Below are positions 35,425 to 44,560 of a stretch of DNA of 53,428 bases, one piece after another. Under the pieces are notes generated by a model. It saw only the letters and a list, made by a program, of their open reading frames with translations. It was not told the origin of the DNA and ran no database searches. Position 1 is the stretch's first letter. Every line of letters starts with the position of its first letter. The DNA comes from Candidatus Woesearchaeota archaeon (lineage in GTDB: Archaea; Nanobdellota; Nanobdellia; Woesearchaeales; WJKL01), in the NCBI GenBank assembly GCA_014729675.1, contig WJJM01000044.1:1-53428 (forward strand). The letters run 5' to 3'. The position numbers were made by a program, and so were the translations under genes.

Positions 35425-35935
35425 GGTATCAGTCCTGTTAAATAAGTATATAAGTTTGAGTCTAAATTATAAAATAATAACAAAAAAACATCAAGATGGG
35501 GCCTTGACTAGCAAACTCTGCTTGTCATCGGTAGAATTTTATTTTCCATCTTAAATCACAGATATGGATTTCTGTGAAACTATATAAAGCTTGTGAAAAT
35601 GACATCCTCTGTGGGCTAAAGTCCACAGTATCCTGAGCATGTACATTTGATGGTCACATTGCCGAAAGGCATGCTTGATGAAAAGGCTTTTCAGCTTCTC
35701 AAAGGCGCTTCATCTTACTACTTTTTCAAAAAGCACCCCAAAGCTCGCTTAAGGTATCCAAGGCATAACATTTATAATATGTATTTCAATACCATGTTTA
35801 TATGCAGTTTTTTCTTTATTTTTTAAATTTAAATGTAACGCCTGTTATCTTATTTATAAAGGTTTCGATTTTGTTATAACTATTAAGTAGTTAAAAAGGA
35901 AAGATTTATATAGTCTTATTTTTTATAGGATATAT

Positions 35936-36373
35936 ATGGAAAAAACAAATACATCCTTGGAATTTACAGAAATTGAAGGTATAATCACTTATGAATATGG
36001 CATTTCTTTAGAGAGATTAGGAAAAACTTTTTTTAAAGAGCCCATACTAATAACTGCTTTTGATGGTAATGGAGATGAAGACAAAATGTTTGAGGGACTA
36101 TGCTCATTTTATTTTCCTCTCAACATAGGGCAAGGTGAAAAATTTGAAGGATCATTTGGAGATAGGATTATTGCTCTTGCGACAGGAAACCATGGGATAT
36201 TAGAAAATTATATCCAAGATACTTTTGTAACTTTGCAAGATAAAAAAAACCTGAACAGCATACTAAGACAAGGAGAAAACACCCAAAAAACAAGCCTTTT
36301 TGATAATTATATCAAGAAATATAATAAAGATTATCCTATTGTAATGATCGGAGATTTGATATCCAACCAATAA
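35936..36373 (+). CDS. Hypothetical protein (145 aa)
   Basis: Clean ORF after a 0.5-kb non-coding stretch. No motif recognised. Confidence 0.45.
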   Translation: MEKTNTSLEFTEIEGIITYEYGISLERLGKTFFKEPILITAFDGNGDEDKMFEGLCSFYFPLNIGQGEKFEGSFGDRIIALATGNHGILENYIQDTFVTLQDKKNLNSILRQGENTQKTSLFDNYIKKYNKDYPIVMIGDLISNQ

Positions 36374-36419
36374 CTAGTTTTTTGATCAATGGTTAAAGAT
36401 ATTAAATTTTGGTGCAATC

Positions 36420-37256
36420 CTAATAACTAATTTCATCTTTCAGAAAAAGCTTAAGAAGGTCTCTTGTAGTGACGATTCCTATAGGCTTGTCATCCTCAAC
36501 AAGAACAACGCTTGAGATGTCATATTTGTCCATCTTGTCTATTATCGTGTCAACAACATCCAGCTTTGAAGCAGTCACGATGACCTGGCTTTCAAAAGCC
36601 TTCACAGGCATCCCTATCATATCTGTCTTCTGACCGTCAAAAGCCTTTGAGCTGTTTCCTGACTTTCCAGAAACACCTTCCCTTTCTCCGGAATCAGAAT
36701 TTCCATGCTTTAGTATATATTTTTCTACAAGATCTGTAAAAGTAATGATACTCATAAGCTTCCCATTGTCATCAACTATAGGCAGCCTGTCAACACCATT
36801 TTCCCTCATGACCTGCACTGCCTTGCCGAGCCTGTCATCTTCATAAAGGACTATAGGTTCAGGCGTCATTATGTCTGTAACGTGCTTGTTCCCGTCTTCA
36901 GTATTTTTTAGCTGCCTGATGACATCCCCCATATCCACTACTCCGACAACTTTCTCATCTTTGATCAAAGGAAGTATGTGAACATCAGCAGCAAACATAA
37001 GCCTTGCAACTTCTTTGATATCTTCATCTCCTTTAAGTACTGGTACATGCTTGACAACCTTATAGACTTTTGATTCAGAGGGATCTAATTTGCTCTTTAG
37101 AAGGAACCTTCTTGATGTAACTCCGATATATTTTCCAGAATCGAAGACAACAGCATTCTTGTCATGCATGGCCTTTAATCCTCCTATAAGTTCGGATATG
37201 CTGGCGCTCCTGTCTAAGCCTACAAACACCTCTTTTTTCAGTTCATCTGCTTTCAT
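36420..37256 (-). CDS. CBS-domain protein (two CBS pairs)
   Basis: Repeated CBS signatures: HILPLIKDEKVVGVVDMGDV, DRLPIVDDNGKLMSIITFTDL, SSVVLVEDDKPIGIVTTRDLL. Confidence 0.8.
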   Translation of the reverse strand: MKADELKKEVFVGLDRSASISELIGGLKAMHDKNAVVFDSGKYIGVTSRRFLLKSKLDPSESKVYKVVKHVPVLKGDEDIKEVARLMFAADVHILPLIKDEKVVGVVDMGDVIRQLKNTEDGNKHVTDIMTPEPIVLYEDDRLGKAVQVMRENGVDRLPIVDDNGKLMSIITFTDLVEKYILKHGNSDSGEREGVSGKSGNSSKAFDGQKTDMIGMPVKAFESQVIVTASKLDVVDTIIDKMDKYDISSVVLVEDDKPIGIVTTRDLLKLFLKDEISY

Positions 37257-37342
37257 ATTAATAGATTTTTATTAATAGCTTATATATAAACCTTTTTATT
37301 ACAAATTTGTAGAATAGAGGTGAATAAACTTAGAGATCTATT

Positions 37343-37636
37343 TTATGGGTCTGGCTTATATCTGTGAGAATCATTGCTGGGTGTTTCGCATTTTATACCA
37401 TCTCTAAGAAAACTCTCAAACTGTCCTGTTTCATATTCATCTCCTTTCTGTTCTCTTTGCTTTTTGCATCTCCTCTTGTATAGCTTTATGCCTGCATACA
37501 ATAGAGCAACTGTCAATGCGGTGGAACCGGTTATCTCTACAGCGTTATCCTTGCAGAAATTTCCTATATGATCTACCAAGGTATTGCTTTCTCTCTGGCC
37601 TTCAAGTTTATATGATATTCCTGTAGGATCGTACAT
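37343..37636 (-). CDS. Small membrane-anchored protein (97 aa)
   Basis: One hydrophobic helix (ITGSTALTVALLYAGIKLY) followed by a basic stretch. No homology evidence. Confidence 0.4.
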   Translation of the reverse strand: MYDPTGISYKLEGQRESNTLVDHIGNFCKDNAVEITGSTALTVALLYAGIKLYKRRCKKQREQKGDEYETGQFESFLRDGIKCETPSNDSHRYKPDP

Positions 37637-37853
37637 ATTATAGTATAAGTAGGATTAGCTTATAAAACTTGGTTTATTATTTGCCTTTTGATAGAAGTTT
37701 CAAATCTAACATTTCTTTAATCTAAATATTCTAAAACAGACCTCTAAGTCACTTTTAGCCTATAAGATTGAAAGTTTCAATACTATGTTAAAGTCAGACT
37801 TTGATGCATTATTATTGAATGTCTGCCTATTGTAAATTATATGTCATTCTTAA

Positions 37854-37922
37854 AATTAAAATTTTCAATCCCATTTGTGTATCTTTTTGATAAAAAGCTG
37901 AATTAAAACTTTCAATCCCATT
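37854..37922 (+). repeat. Two 22-nt direct repeats (21/22 identical) separated by a 25-nt spacer
   Basis: aattaaaattttcaatcccatt (37854-37875) and aattaaaactttcaatcccatt (37901-37922). An inverted 15/17 copy (attaaaaaattcaatcc on the minus strand) lies at 38264-38280. Confidence 0.7.
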
Positions 37923-38118
37923 GATGGCACTCACAGCTTCGCTGTTCGTGCACAGTCTCAGTGCGATTTAATCTAAGTTCTGGCTTCGGGCTAATTAATT
38001 ACTTTTTCAGCTAAGCTAACTTAGAACTCAATGAATTTACACTAAATCCAATCTTAGTGAAGCACAGAGCACTGAAACCTGGGTGGGAAAAAGAAAGATA
38101 GTTCTGCACCAAAAGGGG

Positions 38119-38147
38119 AGAAGATAACTGCCGATAGGCAATCTTCT
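38119..38147. other. Stable stem-loop in a non-coding region
   Basis: agaagat-aac-tgcc-gata-ggca-atcttct: 7 + 4 bp stem with a 3-nt bulge and GATA loop. Confidence 0.6.
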
Positions 38148-38179
38148 TTGGGTATAGTAGCGAGCAAAGCGAGCGTTAT

Positions 38180-38202
38180 CGATTATTATTAAATAATAAT
38201 CG
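38180..38202. repeat. Perfect 23-nt palindrome (11-bp arms)
   Basis: cgattattatt-a-aataataatcg. The motif atcgcag[ga]gca is found twice downstream of it (38198-38208 and 38233-38243). Confidence 0.7.
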
Positions 38203-38313
38203 CAGGGCAGCTCTGTTAACCTAAAGATAATTATCGCAGAGCAACTTATTGATCTAGAGATAAGGATTGAATTTTTTAATGGACCCGAGCATAAAAAACA
38301 AACCTCAAAACCT

Positions 38314-39069
38314 TTAAACTATATACTTTTCCTTAAATTTCTTCTCCATCATCTTAAAACATTTATCAGCGATGGCCTTTAGGTTGATAACATCTTCTTC
38401 ATTATATTCAACAAGAAGATCCAGATAATCCTTGTCTCCAGAGCCTCTGAACATCCTGTAAAGAAGATAAGGGTCTCCTGAATATATCTCTTCAACTATC
38501 TTGTTCCTTTTGATCCCAAATTCTTTCTCTATCTGTTTCAGCCCGCCTTTATAGCCCAACCTTGAACACAAAACTCTCAGGTCAAAAACAGGAACATCAG
38601 GAAGCAATCGCGGATATCTCTTCTTAAGAAAAGGAACATCAAACACAGCTCCGTTGAAAGTCACTATCAGCTTATATTTTCTTAACTCTTCTTCCAGAAT
38701 ATTAAAATCAAGATTTATTCCCTTTATCATTGTCTTTGTATCTATCCCATCAAACAATCCTACAACGATAACATCCCCCCTAACATTATCTACTTCTATA
38801 TCAAGAAATACAGATTCATCTTTAAAAAAGTCATAAAGCCTCCACATCTCAGGTTGAGGTAATTTTCCGATAAAATAAGATGAATCAAGATCATAAAGAG
38901 ATTTCCTTGCCTCTAAGATCCTCCTGTTATAGTTCTTTTTTCTGGAATTCTCTATCCCTTTTATTTCTGAAGTTTTCAGAAAATCATCCCACGAACCTGC
39001 CTGCTTCCAGATGTTCTCTTCTTTCTTCTTTCCGATCCGCTCTAAAAAGATAAAGCTTTTTCTTATCAT
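38314..39069 (-). CDS. RNase H-fold 3'-5' exonuclease-like protein (YprB / PolB-exonuclease-like)
   Basis: FLDIEVD (ExoI-like D.E), LIVTFNGAVFDVPFL (ExoII-like N..FD), YNEEDVINL (ExoIII-like). Size and order fit stand-alone RNase-H-like exonucleases. Confidence 0.55.
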   Translation of the reverse strand: MIRKSFIFLERIGKKKEENIWKQAGSWDDFLKTSEIKGIENSRKKNYNRRILEARKSLYDLDSSYFIGKLPQPEMWRLYDFFKDESVFLDIEVDNVRGDVIVVGLFDGIDTKTMIKGINLDFNILEEELRKYKLIVTFNGAVFDVPFLKKRYPRLLPDVPVFDLRVLCSRLGYKGGLKQIEKEFGIKRNKIVEEIYSGDPYLLYRMFRGSGDKDYLDLLVEYNEEDVINLKAIADKCFKMMEKKFKEKYIV

Positions 39070-39119
39070 AAAAAAAAGAAAATGATGTATTTTAAATATC
39101 TTTTCAGGGTGTTTGAACA

Positions 39120-40064
39120 GTGCAAATAAAAAGATTTATAAACAAAAAATACAAGCTTCATGATATGCTCCAGAATTATATCCCAGTATTGCTGAACAAC
39201 CCTTATTCGAATTTTATAATCAGGACAATAATCGTGATAGTTGTTTTCTTTTTGCTGAAGATATTATTCAGCTTTTATATGTCAAGGCTGTCAAATAACC
39301 TTCTGAAAGAAAAAAAGGAGTCAGAAGAATCCATAAGAGCAAAAAAGACCAGAATATCATTTCTTAACAAGTTTATTTCAACAGTGCTTTTCTTGCTTGC
39401 AGTGTTGTTCATACTTTCAGGTATCCCTCAGTTCAAGACATTCTCCTATTCTTTGCTTGCAAGCGCAGGTATAGTTGCAGTTGTGATCGGTTTTGCAACC
39501 CAGAAGACCCTGTCAAATGTTATCTCAGGAATATTTCTGGCATTGTATGAGCCCTTCAGGGTAGGAGATAAGATAAAGATATTTGAAGAGTATGGGGAAG
39601 TCGAAGACCTTAGCTTAAGGCATACTGTAATAAGAACATGGGACAACAAGAGGCTTGTGATCCCTAATTCAAAGATAGATGAAAGAGAGATAGTGAATTT
39701 CAGCCTAAAGGAAGAAAAAGTACTTTGGACCACCAATATAGGCATAAGCTATGATTCTGGGATAGATAAGGCAAAAAAGATAATGGTGGACCTAGCAAAA
39801 AAGCATCCAGATAATCTTGCATTGTCTGCCCCTAAAAAGGAAAAAGAAAGATATATGCCTTTTGTACGTGTTACAGAGTGTGCTGACTTCTCAGTAAACC
39901 TTAGACTTTACTTCTGGTGTGAAGATGCATGGACAGCATGGAAGATGGGTTTTGACCTTACAGAATCTATAAAGAAAGAATTTGACAGGAAAGGCATCGA
40001 GATACCATTCCCTTACCGTACTATAGTATACAAAAAAGACCTTGAAAAAAAGAAAAAAAGATAG
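39120..40064 (+). CDS. MscS-family small-conductance mechanosensitive channel
   Basis: Three N-terminal TM helices, then VISGIFLALYEPFRVGDKIKI...GEVEDLSLRHTVIRTWDNKRLVIPNS. The start is uncertain (GTG at 39120 or ATG at 39165). Confidence 0.85.
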   Translation: MQIKRFINKKYKLHDMLQNYIPVLLNNPYSNFIIRTIIVIVVFFLLKILFSFYMSRLSNNLLKEKKESEESIRAKKTRISFLNKFISTVLFLLAVLFILSGIPQFKTFSYSLLASAGIVAVVIGFATQKTLSNVISGIFLALYEPFRVGDKIKIFEEYGEVEDLSLRHTVIRTWDNKRLVIPNSKIDEREIVNFSLKEEKVLWTTNIGISYDSGIDKAKKIMVDLAKKHPDNLALSAPKKEKERYMPFVRVTECADFSVNLRLYFWCEDAWTAWKMGFDLTESIKKEFDRKGIEIPFPYRTIVYKKDLEKKKKR

Positions 40065-40065
40065 A

Positions 40066-41076
40066 TTATTTCTCTTCATGAACTATCTTAAGAACAGTCA
40101 TGAACAAAGCTATTATCAATGGCCCTATGATGACACCTATAGCTCCAAAAAAAGGGAGCCCTATCAGCAGTCCAAACAAGGTAACAAGGGGATGTATTTT
40201 TCCCAATGAGTTGAATATCTTCATTCTTGCTATGTTGTCTATATAGCTCACAACTATGGCTCCATATAAGAACAGCCCAATCCCACCATATGTATCGCCT
40301 GAAGCAAAAAGATATATGCTCACAGGAAGCCACACTAAAAATGCTCCGAGAACAGGGATTATCGCAGCAAAAGCCATTATCAGACCCCATAATGCTGCTC
40401 CCTTTACTCCGAATATAAAAAATCCTATGCCTCCTGCAGCTCCCTGTATCAATGCAACAAGAAACATGCCATACACAACAGTTTTTATCACTGTTTCTCC
40501 TTCATCCTGTATCCTCTTTTTTGCTTTTTCAGAGACAGGTATAAATGATTCTACAAACTTCAGGAAGTTTCCCCTGTCTATCAATGCAAAGAACAGAACC
40601 ACAAAGCTGATAAATACACCAAGTACGAAGTTAGAAAGAAAATTTATAAAAGAGGGTATATATCCTGTAACCAGGGATACAGCTTTTTCTGCAATGCCTT
40701 TCAAAGAGTTTTGAAGGTCTTCCCCGCCAAGATACGGCTGAAAATTTTCAGGAGCGCTTATAAATTCAGTTATCTTTGGGATTATCTTTGTGTTCTCTAT
40801 ATAATTCACAGCCTCTCCTGACTGCACGACAAGTATAGAAGAGATTATCATAATTGGAACGACGACAATTAAAAGAGAGACAGCAACCGTAATGCCTGCA
40901 GAGACAAGATCATTTTTTATCTTTCTGCTTGTCCAGTTGAACAAGGGGAAGAATACATATGCAAGGATAAGTCCTGTCAGAATAAAAGGGATAAAATCCC
41001 ATAATCCTATGATAAGAAGCAAGGATATAAACAATATAAACCATACAAAAAAATTTCTTTTTTCACTAAGCTTCAT
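40066..41076 (-). CDS. AI-2E / PerM (UPF0118) family transporter
   Basis: About 8 TM helices with the family-typical C-terminal half (...VALIQGAAGGIGFFIFGV..A..WG...A.AAIIPVLGA..VW.P...). Confidence 0.75.
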   Translation of the reverse strand: MKLSEKRNFFVWFILFISLLLIIGLWDFIPFILTGLILAYVFFPLFNWTSRKIKNDLVSAGITVAVSLLIVVVPIMIISSILVVQSGEAVNYIENTKIIPKITEFISAPENFQPYLGGEDLQNSLKGIAEKAVSLVTGYIPSFINFLSNFVLGVFISFVVLFFALIDRGNFLKFVESFIPVSEKAKKRIQDEGETVIKTVVYGMFLVALIQGAAGGIGFFIFGVKGAALWGLIMAFAAIIPVLGAFLVWLPVSIYLFASGDTYGGIGLFLYGAIVVSYIDNIARMKIFNSLGKIHPLVTLFGLLIGLPFFGAIGVIIGPLIIALFMTVLKIVHEEK

Positions 41077-41148
41077 ATTACCCCTCTTTTTTTGTATACA
41101 AAGATTTAAATACTATATAAATATTTGCATATGTATATAATAATCACT

Positions 41149-41712
41149 ATGTCGCTTGAAAAATACAAAAAAAAGAGGGAATTTTCTAAGACACCAGAGC
41201 CTGAAGCAAAAAAGAAAAAGCACAAGAATCCTATGTTTGTCATCCAGAAACATGATGCAACCAACCTTCATTATGACTTCAGGCTTGAGATTGAAGGAGT
41301 TCTTAAATCATGGGCCGTCCCCAAGGGCCCTTCTCTGGATCCAAAAGAGAAAAGGCTTGCCATAGAAACAGAGGATCACCCTATTGATTATGCGAATTTT
41401 GAAGGAACAATACCAGAAGGAAACTATGGAGCAGGCACAGTCATGTTATGGGACAAAGGCACATATGAGAACATAAAAAAAGAGGACAACAAAGAAGTGC
41501 CTATGAAAAAAGCATACTCCAAGGGCCACCTTGTATTTGAGCTTAAGGGAAAGAAGCTGAAAGGAGGGTTTGCACTTACAAGGTTCAGGGAAGATAAATG
41601 GCTTCTTGTAAAAAAAGATGATGATAAGGCAGATGCAAGGGTCAATATACTGAAGAAAAACAAGTCTACTAAGTCAGGGAAAACACTTAAACAGATAGAG
41701 AAGGCTGGATAA
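41149..41712 (+). CDS. Stand-alone DNA ligase D 3'-phosphoesterase (PE) domain protein
   Basis: FVIQKHDATNLHYDFRLEIEGVLKSWAVPKGPSLDPKEKRLAIETEDHPIDYANFEGTIPEGNYGAGTVMLWDKGTYE is near-canonical for LigD-PE. ATG at 41149 is preferred over the track start at 41125. Confidence 0.85.
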   Translation: MSLEKYKKKREFSKTPEPEAKKKKHKNPMFVIQKHDATNLHYDFRLEIEGVLKSWAVPKGPSLDPKEKRLAIETEDHPIDYANFEGTIPEGNYGAGTVMLWDKGTYENIKKEDNKEVPMKKAYSKGHLVFELKGKKLKGGFALTRFREDKWLLVKKDDDKADARVNILKKNKSTKSGKTLKQIEKAG

Positions 41713-41713
41713 G

Positions 41714-42388
41714 ATGATTGAAAATATAATAAATATCCTGTTACTTGCAAAAGACATATTGATAGGGCCGTTTATAGATTCCAGCATATTGTGGATAGTT
41801 CTCCCATTGATACTTATCCTCATCCTTATCGACCTTTATTTTGGAAGACACCGCTCAGAAGAGCTTGGATGGAATTCTGCATTCAGCAACTCAATCTCTA
41901 TGTTATGGATATGCATCATAATCTTCAGGTTTCTTTTTCAGGAATATGGATTTGAGATAACTCTCAGCCCGATTGCAGTAAAGGAATTTGCAATAGCAGG
42001 AATCCTTGCACTTTGGGTAATAGTGATACTGACTTTAAACTTTTTCCATATAGTTCCAAAGAAGTTTGCATTTATCATATCCTCTTCAAAATCAGTATAT
42101 ATAACTGCTTTCATAATCATATCTGTCATATTCGGAGATTTTGCTTTAGATTCCATTACATTGATAGCTTCGGTAATACTGTTGCTTATACTGCTTGTAT
42201 TTCTCAACGCAGTGAAATGCCTCATTCCTATGACAAACGGGGCAAAACAAGCAGTAAAAAGAAAAGAGAATAAAAAGAAAAAATCCAAAGCAGGAAAAAA
42301 AGCAGCACAGACAAAAAAGGCTAAAAAGGCAAAAAAACGAATCAAAAAAACTTTAAGAAATGCCAGAAAAAAACTGGAGGAAAAATAA
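41714..42388 (+). CDS. Polytopic membrane protein with long Lys-rich tail
   Basis: Five hydrophobic helices, then KRKENKKKKSKAGKKAAQTKKAKKAKKRIKKTLRNARKKLEEK. Confidence 0.6.
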   Translation: MIENIINILLLAKDILIGPFIDSSILWIVLPLILILILIDLYFGRHRSEELGWNSAFSNSISMLWICIIIFRFLFQEYGFEITLSPIAVKEFAIAGILALWVIVILTLNFFHIVPKKFAFIISSSKSVYITAFIIISVIFGDFALDSITLIASVILLLILLVFLNAVKCLIPMTNGAKQAVKRKENKKKKSKAGKKAAQTKKAKKAKKRIKKTLRNARKKLEEK

Positions 42389-42404
42389 AACAAGATGTGA
42401 TAAT

Positions 42405-43571
42405 ATGCCTGAACTTACAACATTCTTCATAATACTCCTCATAGGCCTTATCTTCTCAGATATATTCAAGAGGCTGCATCTTCCTTATGTAACTGCATTG
42501 ATAATTGCAGGCATAGCGATAGGTCCCCATGGTTTCAATGTTGTAAAGATAAATCAGGTGACAGAATTTCTCGGATCTATAGGGGTCATATTCCTCATGT
42601 TCATAGCAGGCAGTGAGATAAAGTCAAGCGTCTTCAAAGATATAAAAGAAAAAGCATTTGTTCAGTCATTATTCAATGGATTTATACCATTTATAGCAGG
42701 AGCAGCTATAGGGTATTATTTTACCCATGATATCCTGGCAACCCTGATACTTGCAACAATCTTTGTATCCTCTTCAGTTGGAGTCATAATTCCCTCTCTA
42801 GAGTCTTTTGATCTTGTAAAGACAAGACTTGGGGAGACCCTGATGGCATCTACAGTCATACAGGACATAACAAGCCTTCTTCTTCTTGCATTGATATTAC
42901 AGAGCACGAATCCTATAACATTCATTCCTCTTTATCTATATATCCCTCTTTTGCTGGGCATAGTCTGGCTTCTTAAAACGATTGTTCCCAAGCTTTACAG
43001 GCTCTATCACAAGGGACGGACAAGAAAGGACCTTTTTGAAAGTGAATTAAGGTTTGTATTTGTAAACCTTATAGCTATTGTTGTATTGTTTGAGATACTT
43101 GGATTGCATTCAATTGTTGCAGGATTTATAACCGGGATGATATTGACTGATTCGATAAAGGGAAAGCTCAAGCAGAAGATACATACCTTAAGTTATGGCC
43201 TTTTCATCCCTGTATTCTTCTTGGTGATAGGGCTGCAGATGGACTTGTCTGTGTTCTATGAAAGATCCTCTTTTCTTTTGATATCTTCAATAGTCATCGG
43301 ACTTCTTTTTTCAAAGATAGTCAGCGGCTGGCTTGGTGGAAAAGCGAATAAGTACTCAAACAGAGGAAGCCTGCTTATGGGTTTTGCATCAATCCCTCAG
43401 CTTTCAACATCATTGGCAGCAGCATTTGCAGCTCATGAGTTCGGCCTGCTTTCAAGCGATATTATCTCAGGCCTGATAATCCTTTCGATCATAACAACAC
43501 TGCTTGCACCTCTGCTTGTAAGACTGGGCCATTATATAAGCACACCAAAAGATTTTGAAGGTGAAAGATGA
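42405..43571 (+). CDS. Cation:proton antiporter (CPA2/Kef-like)
   Basis: About 11-12 TM helices. LPYVTALIIAGIAIGPHGF and IFLMFIAGSEI are typical of the family. ATG at 42405 (MPELTT) is preferred over 42360. Confidence 0.75.
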   Translation: MPELTTFFIILLIGLIFSDIFKRLHLPYVTALIIAGIAIGPHGFNVVKINQVTEFLGSIGVIFLMFIAGSEIKSSVFKDIKEKAFVQSLFNGFIPFIAGAAIGYYFTHDILATLILATIFVSSSVGVIIPSLESFDLVKTRLGETLMASTVIQDITSLLLLALILQSTNPITFIPLYLYIPLLLGIVWLLKTIVPKLYRLYHKGRTRKDLFESELRFVFVNLIAIVVLFEILGLHSIVAGFITGMILTDSIKGKLKQKIHTLSYGLFIPVFFLVIGLQMDLSVFYERSSFLLISSIVIGLLFSKIVSGWLGGKANKYSNRGSLLMGFASIPQLSTSLAAAFAAHEFGLLSSDIISGLIILSIITTLLAPLLVRLGHYISTPKDFEGER

Positions 43572-44548
43572 CAGTCTGGTTCCATGATCTTAGCTTATTG
43601 ATGCTTGGATTGATAGGTCTTGTTATAGGTACACATCTTGTGGTCAGGGGAGCGTTGGATCTTGCAGAACACTACAAGCTTTCAAATGTTTTTATTGGCC
43701 TTACTATTCTTGCTATAGGCACAGATCTTCCAGAGCTTATAATAGCCATCGTAGGCTCTATAAACAGGCTTGGAGGAACAGAGTCTTCAGGCCTTATTCT
43801 TGGAGATGCTATAGGAAGCAGCATAGTGCAAATAAGCATTGTCCTGGGGATTGCAGGTCTTTTCGGTTTCTTTACCCTGACAAAGAAACAGATAAAGATA
43901 GACGGTTCTGTCATGATAGGCTCTATAATCCTTTTGTTCCTTGTAGGCTATGATGGAAACATAACCCGGACAGAAGGAATATTTCTTATCATAGTATACC
44001 TCATCTATTATCTCTCATTATACAGGGAAGAAAAAGTAAATGAAAAGATAAAAAGGGCGCCAACAGTTCACCTATTCTGGGACATTGCATCTGTTATAGG
44101 AGGGATGGTTGTTGTGTTATATACTTCAAATATAGTTGTTGAAAACTCTGCAAGCCTTGCTATAAGCCTTGGCATCAGCCAGGCTCTTATAGGTGTTCTT
44201 ATAGCAAGCTTAGGAACATCCCTGCCCGAGCTTTCCGTGGCTATAGGTGCAGCTTTCAAGGAAGCTCCTGGCCTTTCGATTGGCAATCTTATAGGGAGCA
44301 ATATCTTTGACCTGTTGATCCCCATAGGTACAGGTGCAGCTATTTCAGGACTAGTCATGGAAAAAAGCTTATTGTTTTTTGACATTCCTGCACTGCTTAT
44401 AATCTCTCTGGCTGTACTGCTTTTCTTTATAAGGAAAAAAGGACTTCAGAAAAAAGAAGCAGCAATACTTATAGGCCTGTATGTATTTTATGCTATAATC
44501 AGGCTTGCAGGATTTATGAATATCACCGGCAACCTGACAAATGTATGA
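43568..44548 (+). CDS. Ca2+/cation antiporter (CaCA, YrbG-like)
   Basis: Two alpha-repeats: GTDLPELIIAIVGS and GTSLPELSVAIGAA. ATGA overlap with the upstream antiporter gene. Confidence 0.85.
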   Translation: MTVWFHDLSLLMLGLIGLVIGTHLVVRGALDLAEHYKLSNVFIGLTILAIGTDLPELIIAIVGSINRLGGTESSGLILGDAIGSSIVQISIVLGIAGLFGFFTLTKKQIKIDGSVMIGSIILLFLVGYDGNITRTEGIFLIIVYLIYYLSLYREEKVNEKIKRAPTVHLFWDIASVIGGMVVVLYTSNIVVENSASLAISLGISQALIGVLIASLGTSLPELSVAIGAAFKEAPGLSIGNLIGSNIFDLLIPIGTGAAISGLVMEKSLLFFDIPALLIISLAVLLFFIRKKGLQKKEAAILIGLYVFYAIIRLAGFMNITGNLTNV

Positions 44549-44560
44549 AAAAGAATAATC

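Noticed and set aside
35590-35625. RNase P RNA CR-I-like string (gggctaaagtccacag vs GGAAAGUCC).
   Set aside because: No downstream partner strand for a P4 helix, no CR-IV/CR-V-like sequences, and the region is too short and unstructured.
35640-35700. C/D-box sRNA (tgatgg and tgatga boxes).
   Set aside because: There is no CUGA D box at the right spacing on either strand.
37854-37922. Possible mini-CRISPR array. The repeats end in a GGGATTGAAA-like sequence on the minus strand, reminiscent of the ATTGAAA(C/G) 3' handle of many archaeal repeats.
   Set aside because: There are only two units. The repeats are 22 nt and the spacer 25 nt, both shorter than typical. There are no cas genes in 53 kb and no leader-like organisation. 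It is kept as part of the 37.6-38.3 kb finding, not called CRISPR.
37637-38313. Replication origin with ORB-like inverted repeats flanking an unwinding element.
   Set aside because: There is no orc1/cdc6 or other replication gene nearby. The repeats do not resemble the ORB/mini-ORB consensus I remember. The region between the repeats is G+C-enriched rather than an AT-rich DUE.
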